NCBI GenBank assembly: GCA_049521495.1
Contig: JBEKOT010000003.1
Coordinates: 1 to 58,490, forward strand
Length of the DNA stretch: 58,490 nt
Source: Syntrophorhabdales bacterium
Lineage (GTDB): Bacteria > Desulfobacterota > Syntrophorhabdia > Syntrophorhabdales > WCHB1-27
Direction of reading: 5' to 3'
The notes below the pieces were generated by a model that had not been told where the DNA came from, made no database searches, and was given only the letters and a program-made list of their open reading frames with translations. Position numbers and translations under genes: made by a program. Positions 6,888 to 16,527 of this stretch are shown one piece after another. The first letter of the stretch is position 1; each line of letters starts with the position of its first letter.

Positions 6888-8936
6888 ATGGCGAGAGAGG
6901 TCGAACGGGTGATCACGGATTGCACGCTGTGCTACCACAGCTGCGGGACCGTAGTCACCGTGGAGGGCGGGAGGGCGGTAAAGGTCGAAGGGCTCGAATC
7001 GCACCCTCTGAACAAGGGGAAACTATGCCCCAAAGGCGAAGCAGTCCTCGACCACGTGTACAACCCGGAACGGCTGATGCATCCGCTGAAGAAGACGAGC
7101 CGCGGGTGGAAGCGGATAAGCTGGGAACGGGCGCTCGCAGAGATTGCCGGGAAGCTGATCCGCCTCAGGGACGCGTTCGGCCCGAGCGTGTTGGGGGTCT
7201 TCAGCGGTTCCATCGGCGTCGAGAATCTCGAGATGGCCGGCCTGACCCAGAGGTTCAAGGCGGCCTTCGGGTCACCGAACTTTTTCTCCGTGGAGAGCGT
7301 CTGCTACCGCATGCGCATCCGCACGCGCCAGATCACCTTCGGAAAATATCCGACGGAGGAGCTCGACTCGAACCTCTATGTCCTGTGGGGACATAATCCC
7401 GAGCAATCCGATTTCCCTCTCCAACTGGCGCTCGAGGAAAACCTGAAGAAAGGGGCAAAGCTCGTCGTCATCGACCCGAAGCGGATAGGCCTGGCCGACC
7501 GGGCAGACCTCTATTTGCGCATCCGACCGGGCACCGACGGGGCCCTTGCCCTGGCCGTCATCAACGTTATCCTGGCCGACCGGCTTTACGACCGGCCCTT
7601 CATCGAGAAATACACGACGGGCTTCGACAGGCTCGAGGACCATGTCCGGGGCTTCACTCCAGAATGGGCCGAAAAGATTACGTGGGTGGCAGCCGAAGAC
7701 ATCCGGCGGCTTGCGAGGCTCTATGCGACCACAAAAGGCGCGAGCATCTACCAGGGAACGTGTACTCAGGACCAGACGGCAAACGGGACGCAGAATAGCC
7801 GTGCCTTTGCCGTCCTCCAGATAATAACGGGCAATATCAATAATCCGGGCGGCTGGGTCATAAGCCCCAGACTTGCGCTGGGCAACGTGGGCTTGAGTGT
7901 CGAGGGAGAGCCTCTCGGGGCCGACAGGTACCCCCTTTTCTACGAGGTGTGGGGCAGAAAGAGCCCCTACGGAGTCGTCACGTGCGTCCCGGAAAGCATC
8001 CCGGACAAGATAAAGGCCTTCGTCGTAGTCGGCGGCAATCCTCTCCTATCGATGGCCGATTCGAACGCTTTCCGGGAGGCCTTCAAGAGGCTCGAGCTCC
8101 TCGTCGTTCACGACCTTTTCATGACGGAGACGGGCAAGCTGGCCCATTATGTGCTTCCTGCCGTCTCCCATCTGGAAAAATGGGGCGTGGCTTACAGCTA
8201 CAACGTATGCCACTGCATACCCTTTCTCATGCTCAGGAAGAAGGCAATCGAGCCTATCGGCGAGGGCTGGTCGGAGTGGAAGCTCTATACCGAGCTCGCC
8301 AGGAAGCTCGGCATGGGAGACAAATTCCCCTGGAAATCCGAAGAAGAACTTGTCGCCTTCGAGCTCCAGCCCTCCGGCCTTACCTTCGATTACCTGCTAG
8401 GCGAGAAGCCCGAGGGGGATTACTACCAGAAGAAGCAGTACGGCATGAAAGAGGGGCGCTTTTCGACGCCTACGAAGAAGATCGAAATTTACAGCGAGGC
8501 ACTAGGACATATAGGTTTCGATCCCCTTCCCGTCTACCTGGAACCCGACCGCAGCCCCCTGGGGTCGCCCGAGCTTCTTCAGAGGTATCCTCTTATACTT
8601 TCCACGGGCAACAGGAACCTTTACTATACCCACGGGCAGTTCAGGGGGATCGGCCGCCTCAAGGAGAAAAACCCGGAGCCCTGCGCCGAGCTCGGACCCG
8701 AAACTGCGCGCCGCTACAGCATAGGGAACGGGGACAGCATCGTCATAGAGACGAATCGCGGCGCCGTGAGGATGAAAGCCCGCGTCGACGAGCGCATAGC
8801 GGAGGGCGTGGTGCTGGTCCCCCATGGGTGGCCCGGCGAGGCAAACGCCAACCTTCTGACGGATACTATGTGTCGCGAGCCGATTATGGGCTATCCGCAA
8901 GTAAAGTCGCTTCTGTGCGCGGTGAAAAAGGCGTAA
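6888..8936 (+). CDS. Cytoplasmic molybdopterin (bis-PGD) oxidoreductase catalytic subunit
   Basis: CTLCYHSC...LCPKG 4Fe-4S motif; VVIDPK, IRPGTDGALA, HDLFMTETGKLAHYVLP; C-terminal molydop-binding domain; no Tat signal. Confidence 0.93.
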   Translation: MAREVERVITDCTLCYHSCGTVVTVEGGRAVKVEGLESHPLNKGKLCPKGEAVLDHVYNPERLMHPLKKTSRGWKRISWERALAEIAGKLIRLRDAFGPSVLGVFSGSIGVENLEMAGLTQRFKAAFGSPNFFSVESVCYRMRIRTRQITFGKYPTEELDSNLYVLWGHNPEQSDFPLQLALEENLKKGAKLVVIDPKRIGLADRADLYLRIRPGTDGALALAVINVILADRLYDRPFIEKYTTGFDRLEDHVRGFTPEWAEKITWVAAEDIRRLARLYATTKGASIYQGTCTQDQTANGTQNSRAFAVLQIITGNINNPGGWVISPRLALGNVGLSVEGEPLGADRYPLFYEVWGRKSPYGVVTCVPESIPDKIKAFVVVGGNPLLSMADSNAFREAFKRLELLVVHDLFMTETGKLAHYVLPAVSHLEKWGVAYSYNVCHCIPFLMLRKKAIEPIGEGWSEWKLYTELARKLGMGDKFPWKSEEELVAFELQPSGLTFDYLLGEKPEGDYYQKKQYGMKEGRFSTPTKKIEIYSEALGHIGFDPLPVYLEPDRSPLGSPELLQRYPLILSTGNRNLYYTHGQFRGIGRLKEKNPEPCAELGPETARRYSIGNGDSIVIETNRGAVRMKARVDERIAEGVVLVPHGWPGEANANLLTDTMCREPIMGYPQVKSLLCAVKKA

Positions 8937-8971
8937 AAAGGGCTGCACGAATATCGGCGGCCGCGCAGCCT

Positions 8972-10201
8972 CTACAAGATTCGTATGCGGCCGTACTCCC
9001 CGTCGTACCCTGGTGCTATAAGGACCTTGCCCTGTCGCATCCTGCCTATCGCTTCCGCCAAGAGGGGCGTCGCGGCGCTTGCAATATCGCCAAGGGGCGT
9101 CTCCAGGAGTATTCTCAGCTCGCTTCCCAGGATTGAAAGGAGCTTCGAATAGGCGTCCCTAACGGCCCTGGCGGCCGCACCCGCACCCGTCACCTCCGAG
9201 AGTACCTCTGAAAGGGGGACCAGCGACCGGTACCCTTGGGCAGAGGCGGGCCTTTCGCCCGGGGCTCTGTCGGCCAGAAGCTCGACCCTGTGGGCGACGC
9301 CTATGGTAAGCCTTCTGCCGCAGGCCGGACATCGGTAGTTTAGGCCGATGGTCTCCGCCGGCGAGAACCGGACACCGCACTTCCGGTGCCCGTCATAGTG
9401 GTACTTCCCTTCTTCCGGGAAGAACTCTATAGTGCTCAGGGTGTGCCGACTCTCGATGACGGCCTCTCGCATTGCGCCGTAGGAGATGTCCGGAGCAAAA
9501 ACAGTTGCCTCCCTGCCCAATTTCGCCGGCGAATGGGCGTCAGAATTAGAGATAAGGGCGATGTCGTCAAGGGCGCTGAGACGCCAGTTCATTGGAGGGT
9601 CCGAGGAAAGGCCGGTCTCGATCGCGCGGACGTGCCGCGAAAGGTCGCCAAAACACTCTTCCAGCGAGTCGAACCCGGAGGCCGCTCCGAATAAGGAGAA
9701 ATGGGGTGTCCAAGCGTGGGCCGGGACGAAGAGGGCCTCCGGCGAGATGTCGAGGGTCATGCGGAGGAGGTCCGCAGCGTCGAGTTTCAGGATGGGCCTC
9801 CCGTCGGAAGCGATACTGCCTATCTTCGACAGGACAGAGGCAAGCCCGGCCGCTGATTCCATGTCCGGGAAGAAGACGAGGCAATGGACCTTTCGCGTCC
9901 TGCCGTACTTTCGGTAGACACAGCTTATCTCGGCGGAAAGAAGGAAAAAGACCTCCGACCTGCACGGTCCGGGCACGGCCTCGGTCTGGCGGTAGGCGCG
10001 CCTGAGCTGAAAGAGGCCGTTGCCGGCCGGCTCCAGCTTCCCGGCCAGCTCTGCGAACCACGCCGGGTGGGTGAAATCGCCCGTCCCCACGACCGTGATG
10101 CCCTTTAGCTGGGCCCATTTCCAGATGTTCTCCGGCGCCATGTCCGCGCTCGTGGCGATGGAATAGCGCGAGTGAATATGGAGGTCGGCTATAAAAGACA
10201 T
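8972..10201 (-). CDS. PHP-domain endonuclease Q family protein
   Basis: ADLHIHSRYS, GTGDFTHP, PAHAWTP, ETGLSSDP, NSDAHS, GKYHYDGHRKC...CPACG, PGYDGEYG. Confidence 0.9.
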   Translation of the reverse strand: MSFIADLHIHSRYSIATSADMAPENIWKWAQLKGITVVGTGDFTHPAWFAELAGKLEPAGNGLFQLRRAYRQTEAVPGPCRSEVFFLLSAEISCVYRKYGRTRKVHCLVFFPDMESAAGLASVLSKIGSIASDGRPILKLDAADLLRMTLDISPEALFVPAHAWTPHFSLFGAASGFDSLEECFGDLSRHVRAIETGLSSDPPMNWRLSALDDIALISNSDAHSPAKLGREATVFAPDISYGAMREAVIESRHTLSTIEFFPEEGKYHYDGHRKCGVRFSPAETIGLNYRCPACGRRLTIGVAHRVELLADRAPGERPASAQGYRSLVPLSEVLSEVTGAGAAARAVRDAYSKLLSILGSELRILLETPLGDIASAATPLLAEAIGRMRQGKVLIAPGYDGEYGRIRIL

Positions 10202-10433
10202 TACGGATTATAACATGTTTAGTCGGGCCCGGCTCTTTTCGCGCCTGATGTGCTCTACCGCCGCGGGTACCCAGTTTGGGCGGCGTAGGGCCGTTCATGC
10301 AGTATAGCGTCTCTGGCCGCAATTCCCGTGTCCGCCCATGCATCCCGATCCGCCGGCCCAAAAACATGTGGCGGTGCGAGGCTGGGACTGGTAGACTCTC
10401 AAGGGCTGATAAAGTTTTCTAAAGGAGGTCTAG

Positions 10434-11696
10434 ATGGGCGAGACAGGGACGACCGTCATAAGCTGCCCCCACTGCGGCAGGGACATAGCCCTCGACCAGG
10501 CCCTTTCCCAGCGGATCAGGCAGGAACTCCAGGGGCAGATCGACGCCGAGCTTGCCGGCAGGAAGCAGGCGCTGGCGCAGGCCGAGGCGAGGCTCGGGGA
10601 AGAGAGGCTTAAGCTTGATCGGCGCGAGAAAGGCATGGAGACGGAACTTGCCAGGCGGTTGACGGAAGAGCGGGTCAAGCTTGGCGCAGAATTAAAAAAG
10701 GAGATCGAGGAAAGGAACACCCTTGATATGACAATGCTTAGGGAGCAGCTTGAGGACAAGGAGAAAAAGATAGCCCTCTTCCGCGAATCCGAGCTGAGGC
10801 TCCGAAAAGAGAAGGCGGAGCTTGAGGAGGCCAAGGAGGGTCTGCGGCTGGAAGTGGCCAGACAGATAGACGAGGAGAGGAAGAAGATCCGGGGAGAGAC
10901 GGAAAAGAGGCTTGCCGAGCAGTACCGGCTGAGAGAAGCGGATAAGGACAAGGTGATCGAGGACCTGAAACGGCAGGCGGAGGACTTGAGGAGGAAGGCT
11001 GAAGCAGGCTCCCAGCAGCTTCAGGGGGAGGTGGCCGAGCTGTCCCTGGAGGAGGTGCTGGCCGCCTCTTTCCCAACGGATTCCATAGAGGAGGTGCCGA
11101 AGGGAGTTCGGGGGGCCGACGTTATCCAGAGGGTGTGCGGTCCTATGGGCCAGCCATGCGGCACGCTCATATGGGAATCGAAGAGGACCAAGGCCTGGAA
11201 CGACGGATGGATCGACAAGCTCAAGGAAGACCAGAGGGAGCTAAGGGCAGAGATTGCCGTCCTTGTCTCCAGCGTCCTCCCGAGAGGCGTGAGGGGCTTC
11301 GACCGCATCGAAGGGGTTTGGGTGTGCGAGCACGTCCTCGCGTCGTGCCTTGCCCGGGCGCTGCGGTCGGGGCTCATAGAGATAGCCGCTGCGAAACTGT
11401 CCGTTACGGGCAAGAACGAGAAGATGGAAGTGCTCTACGAGTACCTTTCGGGCCCTGCCTTCAGGCAGCAGGTCCAGGCGGTCGTCGAGGCTTTCGGAAC
11501 CATGCAGAAGGACTTGAACTTCGAAAAAAGGGCAATGGAGAAGATCTGGGCAAAGCGGGAAAAACAGATCGAAAGGGTTGTAAAGAACGTAAGCAGGATG
11601 TACGGCAGCATGGAGGGCATCATCGGCCAGTCCATGCCGGAGATCGACCTGTTCGAGCTGAAGGCGCTCTCCGAAGGGGAGGACGCCGAAGGATGA
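10434..11696 (+). CDS. DUF2130 domain coiled-coil protein
   Basis: N-terminal CPHC, long coiled coil, SQQLQGEVAEL, KGVRGAD, WESKRTKAW..GWIDKLKEDQR. Confidence 0.88.
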   Translation: MGETGTTVISCPHCGRDIALDQALSQRIRQELQGQIDAELAGRKQALAQAEARLGEERLKLDRREKGMETELARRLTEERVKLGAELKKEIEERNTLDMTMLREQLEDKEKKIALFRESELRLRKEKAELEEAKEGLRLEVARQIDEERKKIRGETEKRLAEQYRLREADKDKVIEDLKRQAEDLRRKAEAGSQQLQGEVAELSLEEVLAASFPTDSIEEVPKGVRGADVIQRVCGPMGQPCGTLIWESKRTKAWNDGWIDKLKEDQRELRAEIAVLVSSVLPRGVRGFDRIEGVWVCEHVLASCLARALRSGLIEIAAAKLSVTGKNEKMEVLYEYLSGPAFRQQVQAVVEAFGTMQKDLNFEKRAMEKIWAKREKQIERVVKNVSRMYGSMEGIIGQSMPEIDLFELKALSEGEDAEG

Positions 11697-11708
11697 CGGA
11701 AGGGGCTT

Positions 11709-12350
11709 TTAGTTCGATAGGTGGTATACCAGGTTGTCGAGGGCCGACGTGAAGAAAACGTTTCTTAACACGACGTGCGGCGGTACCCGTATCTGGGTCG
11801 GGGCGAAGTTCATGATTCCCCTCACGTCCGCTTCGACGAAGAGGTCCGCCACTTTCTGCGCCTCCGAGGGCGGCGTCGTTATGAGGCCTATCTCCACCTT
11901 CCTTGCCTGCACCACTTCTTTCAGCTTATCGATGTGCAGGATCTCTATAGGCTTTCCTATCTTTTCCGATATGTGCCCTATCACTTTCACAGGCTCCTGG
12001 TCGAAGGCGGCGACGATCTTGTAGCTTTGCTTCAAGAAGTCCTTGTACATGAGGAGGGCGCTCCCCACGTTCCCGATCCCGACGACTGCAATTCTCCACT
12101 CGCGATTGGTCCCCAGGATCTCCCTTATATGAAATTTCAGCTCCTTCACGCCGTAACCCATGCCCCTTATGCCGAATTCGCCGAAGTAGGCAAAGTCCTT
12201 CCGCACCTGGGCGGCGTTGACGTTGCAGATCATAGCGATGAGCGCGCTTGACGCAACCTTCTCCCCCTTTTGTTCCAGGTCTTCGAGGCACTTCATGTAA
12301 TTCGAGAGCCTTCTTACCGTTGCCTCCGGTATTTTCGCGTATTTTGGCAT
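11709..12350 (-). CDS. rex: Redox-sensing transcriptional repressor Rex
   Basis: IPEATVRRLS.Y, QVRKDFAYFGEFGIRGMGY, GIGNVG Rossmann motif, NFAP. Confidence 0.96.
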   Translation of the reverse strand: MPKYAKIPEATVRRLSNYMKCLEDLEQKGEKVASSALIAMICNVNAAQVRKDFAYFGEFGIRGMGYGVKELKFHIREILGTNREWRIAVVGIGNVGSALLMYKDFLKQSYKIVAAFDQEPVKVIGHISEKIGKPIEILHIDKLKEVVQARKVEIGLITTPPSEAQKVADLFVEADVRGIMNFAPTQIRVPPHVVLRNVFFTSALDNLVYHLSN

Positions 12351-12464
12351 CTTCTCACCAAAAGATCATTATTATAAGTACCTGAGCTAATAATATAGAC
12401 GCAAGAGAAAAATTTATCAAGCTAAAAGGAAATCGGCCGGGCGCCCTTCACACCCGGCGCGCCG

Positions 12465-13259
12465 TCATAGACCGAGGACGTCGGTCATGTCATAGATGCC
12501 GTCGTCTTTCTGGCCTACGATCCACCTGGCCGCCTCCAGCGCGCCGTGGGCGAAATTCTCCCTTGAATAGGCGCGGTGCGTAATCTCCAGGCGCTCGCCA
12601 ACCCCCGCGAAAAGCACCGTGTGCTCGCCGACTATATCGCCGGCCCGGATGCTAAGGACGCCGATCTCGTCTCTCCCTCGCTCGCCGATCATACCTTGCC
12701 TGCCCGCGACCTCGATCCACTTGCGGCCGGGGGCGGCGGCCTTCACGATATCGGAGAGCCGCGCCGCCGTACCGCTCGGCGCATCCTTCTTCCATTTATG
12801 GTGCATTTCGAGGATCTCAGCGTCGTAATCCGGGCCGAGGGCCCTGGCTGCCCTTTCAACGAGCGTGAAGAGGACGTTCACGCCGATGCTCATATTGGGA
12901 GAGACGACGGCCTTCGCCCCTGCCGTGCGCCTCATTTCGGTCACGGTAGCCGGTGATATGCCGGTAGTCCCGATGACGATCGGCCTTCGCTTCTCCGCGC
13001 TCAGGAGGAAATTCACGATCGAGGCCTCAGGATGGGTGAAATCGATGATCACGTCGCAGTCGTCGATGACGCGCGCCAGGCTGTCCTCCAGAGTAAAAGA
13101 GGCCCCGGCGACGCCGGGGACGTCGATGGTGCTGCCCACCATGGGATGGGTCGCGATCTCCAGTATATGGGTCACGACGAAGCCGGGTTCGGCGGCGGCC
13201 AGCCTGAGGATCGTGCTGCCCATGCGTCCGCAGGCGCCCGTAATGACGAGCTTTATCAT
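12465..13259 (-). CDS. dapB: 4-hydroxy-tetrahydrodipicolinate reductase
   Basis: GACGRMG, IDFT, GTTG, NMSIGVN, EMHHKWKKDAPSGTA. Confidence 0.97.
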   Translation of the reverse strand: MIKLVITGACGRMGSTILRLAAAEPGFVVTHILEIATHPMVGSTIDVPGVAGASFTLEDSLARVIDDCDVIIDFTHPEASIVNFLLSAEKRRPIVIGTTGISPATVTEMRRTAGAKAVVSPNMSIGVNVLFTLVERAARALGPDYDAEILEMHHKWKKDAPSGTAARLSDIVKAAAPGRKWIEVAGRQGMIGERGRDEIGVLSIRAGDIVGEHTVLFAGVGERLEITHRAYSRENFAHGALEAARWIVGQKDDGIYDMTDVLGL

Positions 13260-13284
13260 CGGCCGTCCCCTTTCACCGTGGCTT

Positions 13285-14172
13285 CTATTCCCTTCGAAGG
13301 AGGCCCGAATTCCTGAGCACTCCCTTGAGGAAGTCGCTGCTTCCTGCGGACAGATTGCAAAGAGGCAGGCGGACCTCCTTCTCGATCATGCCCATGTGGT
13401 AGAGCGCCTCCTTGACCGGTACCGGGTTCGTCTCGATAAACATCGCCTGGAAAAAAGGCGTAAGCCCGAGGTGCAGTTCCAGGGCCTTTTTATGATCCTT
13501 CTCGTCCAGGAAAGCCTGTTCCAGCGCCTTGACTCGCCCGGGCAGTATGTTCGAGACGACGGAGATTACGCCTACGGCTCCGACGGACATCATGGGCAGG
13601 AACAGGTTGTCGTCCCCTGAGAGTATGGGGAACTTGCCGCCCGTGAGCCTCGCTATGTCGGCCGCCTGCTGCACGGAGCCGGAGGCCTCCTTGATAGCCG
13701 CAATGCCCGGTATCCGGGCAAGCCGCGCCACGAGATCGGGCTGCATGTTGACGCCCGTTCTCCCCGGTATGTTATAGAGGACAAGGGGGATGTCCACTTC
13801 CTCGGCCACCTTCTTGAAATGGAGGTACATGCCCTCCTGAGTCGGCCTGTTGTAATAGGGAGCGACGACAAGAGCCATGGCGGCCCCCAGGCTCTTCGCG
13901 ATCTCCGTCAGCTCTACGGTCTCTTTCGTGCTGTTGGAGCCCGTGCCCGCGATAACCGTCACACCTTTGCCCGCCCATTTGACGGTAAGGTCGATGACCC
14001 TCTCGTGCTCATCGTAAGAGAGTGTAGAGGCCTCGCCTGTGGTGCCGCACGGGACGATGCCGTCTATCTCTTCCCTCACCTGAAAATCGATGAGTTCCTT
14101 CAGCGCCGCTTCGTCGATCGCGCCGTCCCTGAAAGGGGTGACCAGTGCCGTATACGTACCTCGGAGAGTCAT
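13285..14172 (-). CDS. dapA: 4-hydroxy-tetrahydrodipicolinate synthase
   Basis: TALVTPF, GTTGE, PYYNRP, YNIPGRTG, IKEASG, ETNPVPVK. Confidence 0.97.
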   Translation of the reverse strand: MTLRGTYTALVTPFRDGAIDEAALKELIDFQVREEIDGIVPCGTTGEASTLSYDEHERVIDLTVKWAGKGVTVIAGTGSNSTKETVELTEIAKSLGAAMALVVAPYYNRPTQEGMYLHFKKVAEEVDIPLVLYNIPGRTGVNMQPDLVARLARIPGIAAIKEASGSVQQAADIARLTGGKFPILSGDDNLFLPMMSVGAVGVISVVSNILPGRVKALEQAFLDEKDHKKALELHLGLTPFFQAMFIETNPVPVKEALYHMGMIEKEVRLPLCNLSAGSSDFLKGVLRNSGLLRRE

Positions 14173-14191
14173 AGCGGCTCCTTCATGGCTG

Positions 14192-15007
14192 TCAATCCAA
14201 TGCCTCCGACCAGAGGGTCCCTTCGTAGATTACCCGTGCGCTGCCTTCGAGGTAAACCTCGTCGCCGACGTAGACGCGTACGGTTTCCCCGCCCCTGGTC
14301 AGGACATTCACGATCTCGCCCGTAAGCCCCTTTCTCTGCAGTATCACGCCTGCCGCGACGCACCCGGTGCCGCAGGCGTATGTCTCGCCCTCGACTCCTC
14401 GCTCGTAAGTCCTTATCCTGGCGTGCTTCCTATCGATAACCTGGACGAAGTCGACATTGGTGCCCTTCGGCGAAAATGCCTTGTGATGGCGGATCATTCT
14501 GCCCAGCTCCTCGACCGGCGCCATATCGATATGGTCCGTCAGCAACACCGCGTGGGGTACGCCGGTATCTACGCTGCTCACGAAAATTTCCTTCGTGTCG
14601 AGCCGGATCGGGTGATCGAGCTTCAGGTGAGCGGGCTTTGTGAGCTGGAGCTTGACGTTACAGTCGGGGCCCACCTCTGCCTTCACCGTGCCTGCCAGGG
14701 TGCCGAAGGCTATCCGCTCACCCGCGATCCCTTTCAGATAAGCAAATCTGGCGGCGCACCTGCCCCCGTTCCCGCACATCTCCGCTACAGAGCCGTCCGC
14801 GTTGTAGAACTGCCACGTGAAATCGAGGGTGTCTGACTTCTCGATGAGAATGAGGCCGTCGGCGCCGACCGAATGGCGCCTCCTGCAAACTTTCCTGGCA
14901 AAATCCGCCAGTTTCGGAAACATTGCGCGAACAGCGCCGTCCCTGTCGTCGATGATGATGAAATCGTTGCCGCTTGCGCTCATTTTGTAGAAATGAAGCA
15001 GACCCAT
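14192..15007 (-). CDS. dapF: Diaminopimelate epimerase
   Basis: KMSASGNDF, GADG, NADGSVAEMCGNGGRC, GVPH, ERGVEGETYACGTG; ATG overlaps the lysA stop (TGATG). Confidence 0.97.
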   Translation of the reverse strand: MGLLHFYKMSASGNDFIIIDDRDGAVRAMFPKLADFARKVCRRRHSVGADGLILIEKSDTLDFTWQFYNADGSVAEMCGNGGRCAARFAYLKGIAGERIAFGTLAGTVKAEVGPDCNVKLQLTKPAHLKLDHPIRLDTKEIFVSSVDTGVPHAVLLTDHIDMAPVEELGRMIRHHKAFSPKGTNVDFVQVIDRKHARIRTYERGVEGETYACGTGCVAAGVILQRKGLTGEIVNVLTRGGETVRVYVGDEVYLEGSARVIYEGTLWSEALD

Positions 15008-16269
15008 CACTGCACCTCTAAGAACCCCGGAACGGTCTCACCCGCGACGAGGTCACCATACTCCTCTCTTCTTCTGATGATGAAGAACTCCTCTCCCTTG
15101 ACCAGCACCTCTGCGACCCTAGGTCTCGAATTATAGTTGGAGGACATAGAGAAACCGTAGGCGCCGGCGCCCATGACCGCGACGAGGGCGCCCGGCTCCA
15201 AAGCGGCAATCCGTCTATCCTTCGCAAAGAAATCACCCGATTCGCAGATCGGTCCCACTATATCCACCTTCAGCCCTTTCTCCTTTGTCTGCCTTACGGG
15301 CACGATCTTATGGTAGGCGCCGTAGAAGGCGGGCCGCACAAGGTCGTTCATGGCCCCATCCACAACGTAGAAGGTCTTTTCCGGCGTAGCCTTTACATAG
15401 AGCAGCTTCGTCACGAAGATGCCGGCGTTTCCGACAATTACCCTGCCGGGCTCGAGGATGAGCGTAAGGTCCATGCCGTCCAGCTCCGCCTCTATGGCCT
15501 CAGCATATTCGACGGGATGGGGCGGCAGCTCGTTCTTATAGGTAATCCCCAGGCCGCCGCCGATATCCATATATCGCAGCGCCACTCCCGAGGCCGCAAG
15601 CTCGCGGACCATCTCCTTGAGCGAGCGCACGGCATCTATAAAGGGCGGTATCTCAACGATCTGGGAGCCGATGTGCGAAGAAATGCCGACAGGGACCAGG
15701 TAGTCCGTCTTCCTAATCCAGTCGTAAAGGCGACGCGCGTCGGACCACAGCAGGCCGAACTTGTTCTTCCGCAGGCCGGTAGTGATGTAGGGATGGGTCT
15801 TCGCGTCGATCTCCGGGTTGACCCTTATCGAGACAGGCACGGCCTTGCCCATTTTTTTCCCGACGGCCTCTATGGCCCGGAGCTCGCCTTCCGACTCCAC
15901 GTTCATCATGACAATGCCCGACCGCACCGCGTAAGCGATCTCCTCGTCGGTCTTTCCGACACCCGAGAATACTATCTTCCCCGCCGGGATCGATGCCCCG
16001 AGCGCCGCATACAGCTCGCCGCCCGAGACGATGTCTGCGCCGCCGCCGAGCCGGGCGACGAGCCTGAGGAGGGCCATGCTCGTATTTGCCTTGCAGGAAT
16101 AACACGTGATGTGAGGCACCTTTTTGAAGGCGCGGTCGAAAACGAGGAAGTGGCGCTCCAGTGTGGCGTAGCTGTAAACGTAAAAAGGTGTGCCGACCTC
16201 GGCCGCGATCCTTTCGACGGGGATGTCCTCTGCGTGGAGCAGCCCGCTCCTGTATGTGAAATCGTTCAT
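15007..16269 (-). CDS. lysA: Diaminopimelate decarboxylase
   Basis: GTPFYVYS, YSCKAN, FSGVGKT, HIGSQ, GGGLG, EPGR, GPICESGD, MSSNYNSRP. Confidence 0.97.
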   Translation of the reverse strand: MNDFTYRSGLLHAEDIPVERIAAEVGTPFYVYSYATLERHFLVFDRAFKKVPHITCYSCKANTSMALLRLVARLGGGADIVSGGELYAALGASIPAGKIVFSGVGKTDEEIAYAVRSGIVMMNVESEGELRAIEAVGKKMGKAVPVSIRVNPEIDAKTHPYITTGLRKNKFGLLWSDARRLYDWIRKTDYLVPVGISSHIGSQIVEIPPFIDAVRSLKEMVRELAASGVALRYMDIGGGLGITYKNELPPHPVEYAEAIEAELDGMDLTLILEPGRVIVGNAGIFVTKLLYVKATPEKTFYVVDGAMNDLVRPAFYGAYHKIVPVRQTKEKGLKVDIVGPICESGDFFAKDRRIAALEPGALVAVMGAGAYGFSMSSNYNSRPRVAEVLVKGEEFFIIRRREEYGDLVAGETVPGFLEVQ

Positions 16270-16527
16270 ACGTTCCCTAACCCTCAGACGAATCTAACGG
16301 AAGAATGTATTGTACCCCAATAGCCTGCTCTCCGCAACAATTCGTTGCCCCTGCCCCGTGAGGCAGCTTGTATCCTGATTGCCAAGTAAGAAGACCGGAC
16401 AAAGGACCGCCTGGACGGGCAGTCGATCGGGGAGATGGGGGTATCCGGTCCCCTAATGGGAGAGGGTTGGCGGCATCGGTGAAATAGGTAGTATACTATC
16501 GGGGCAAGAGCAAAGAAGGAGGGTCCC

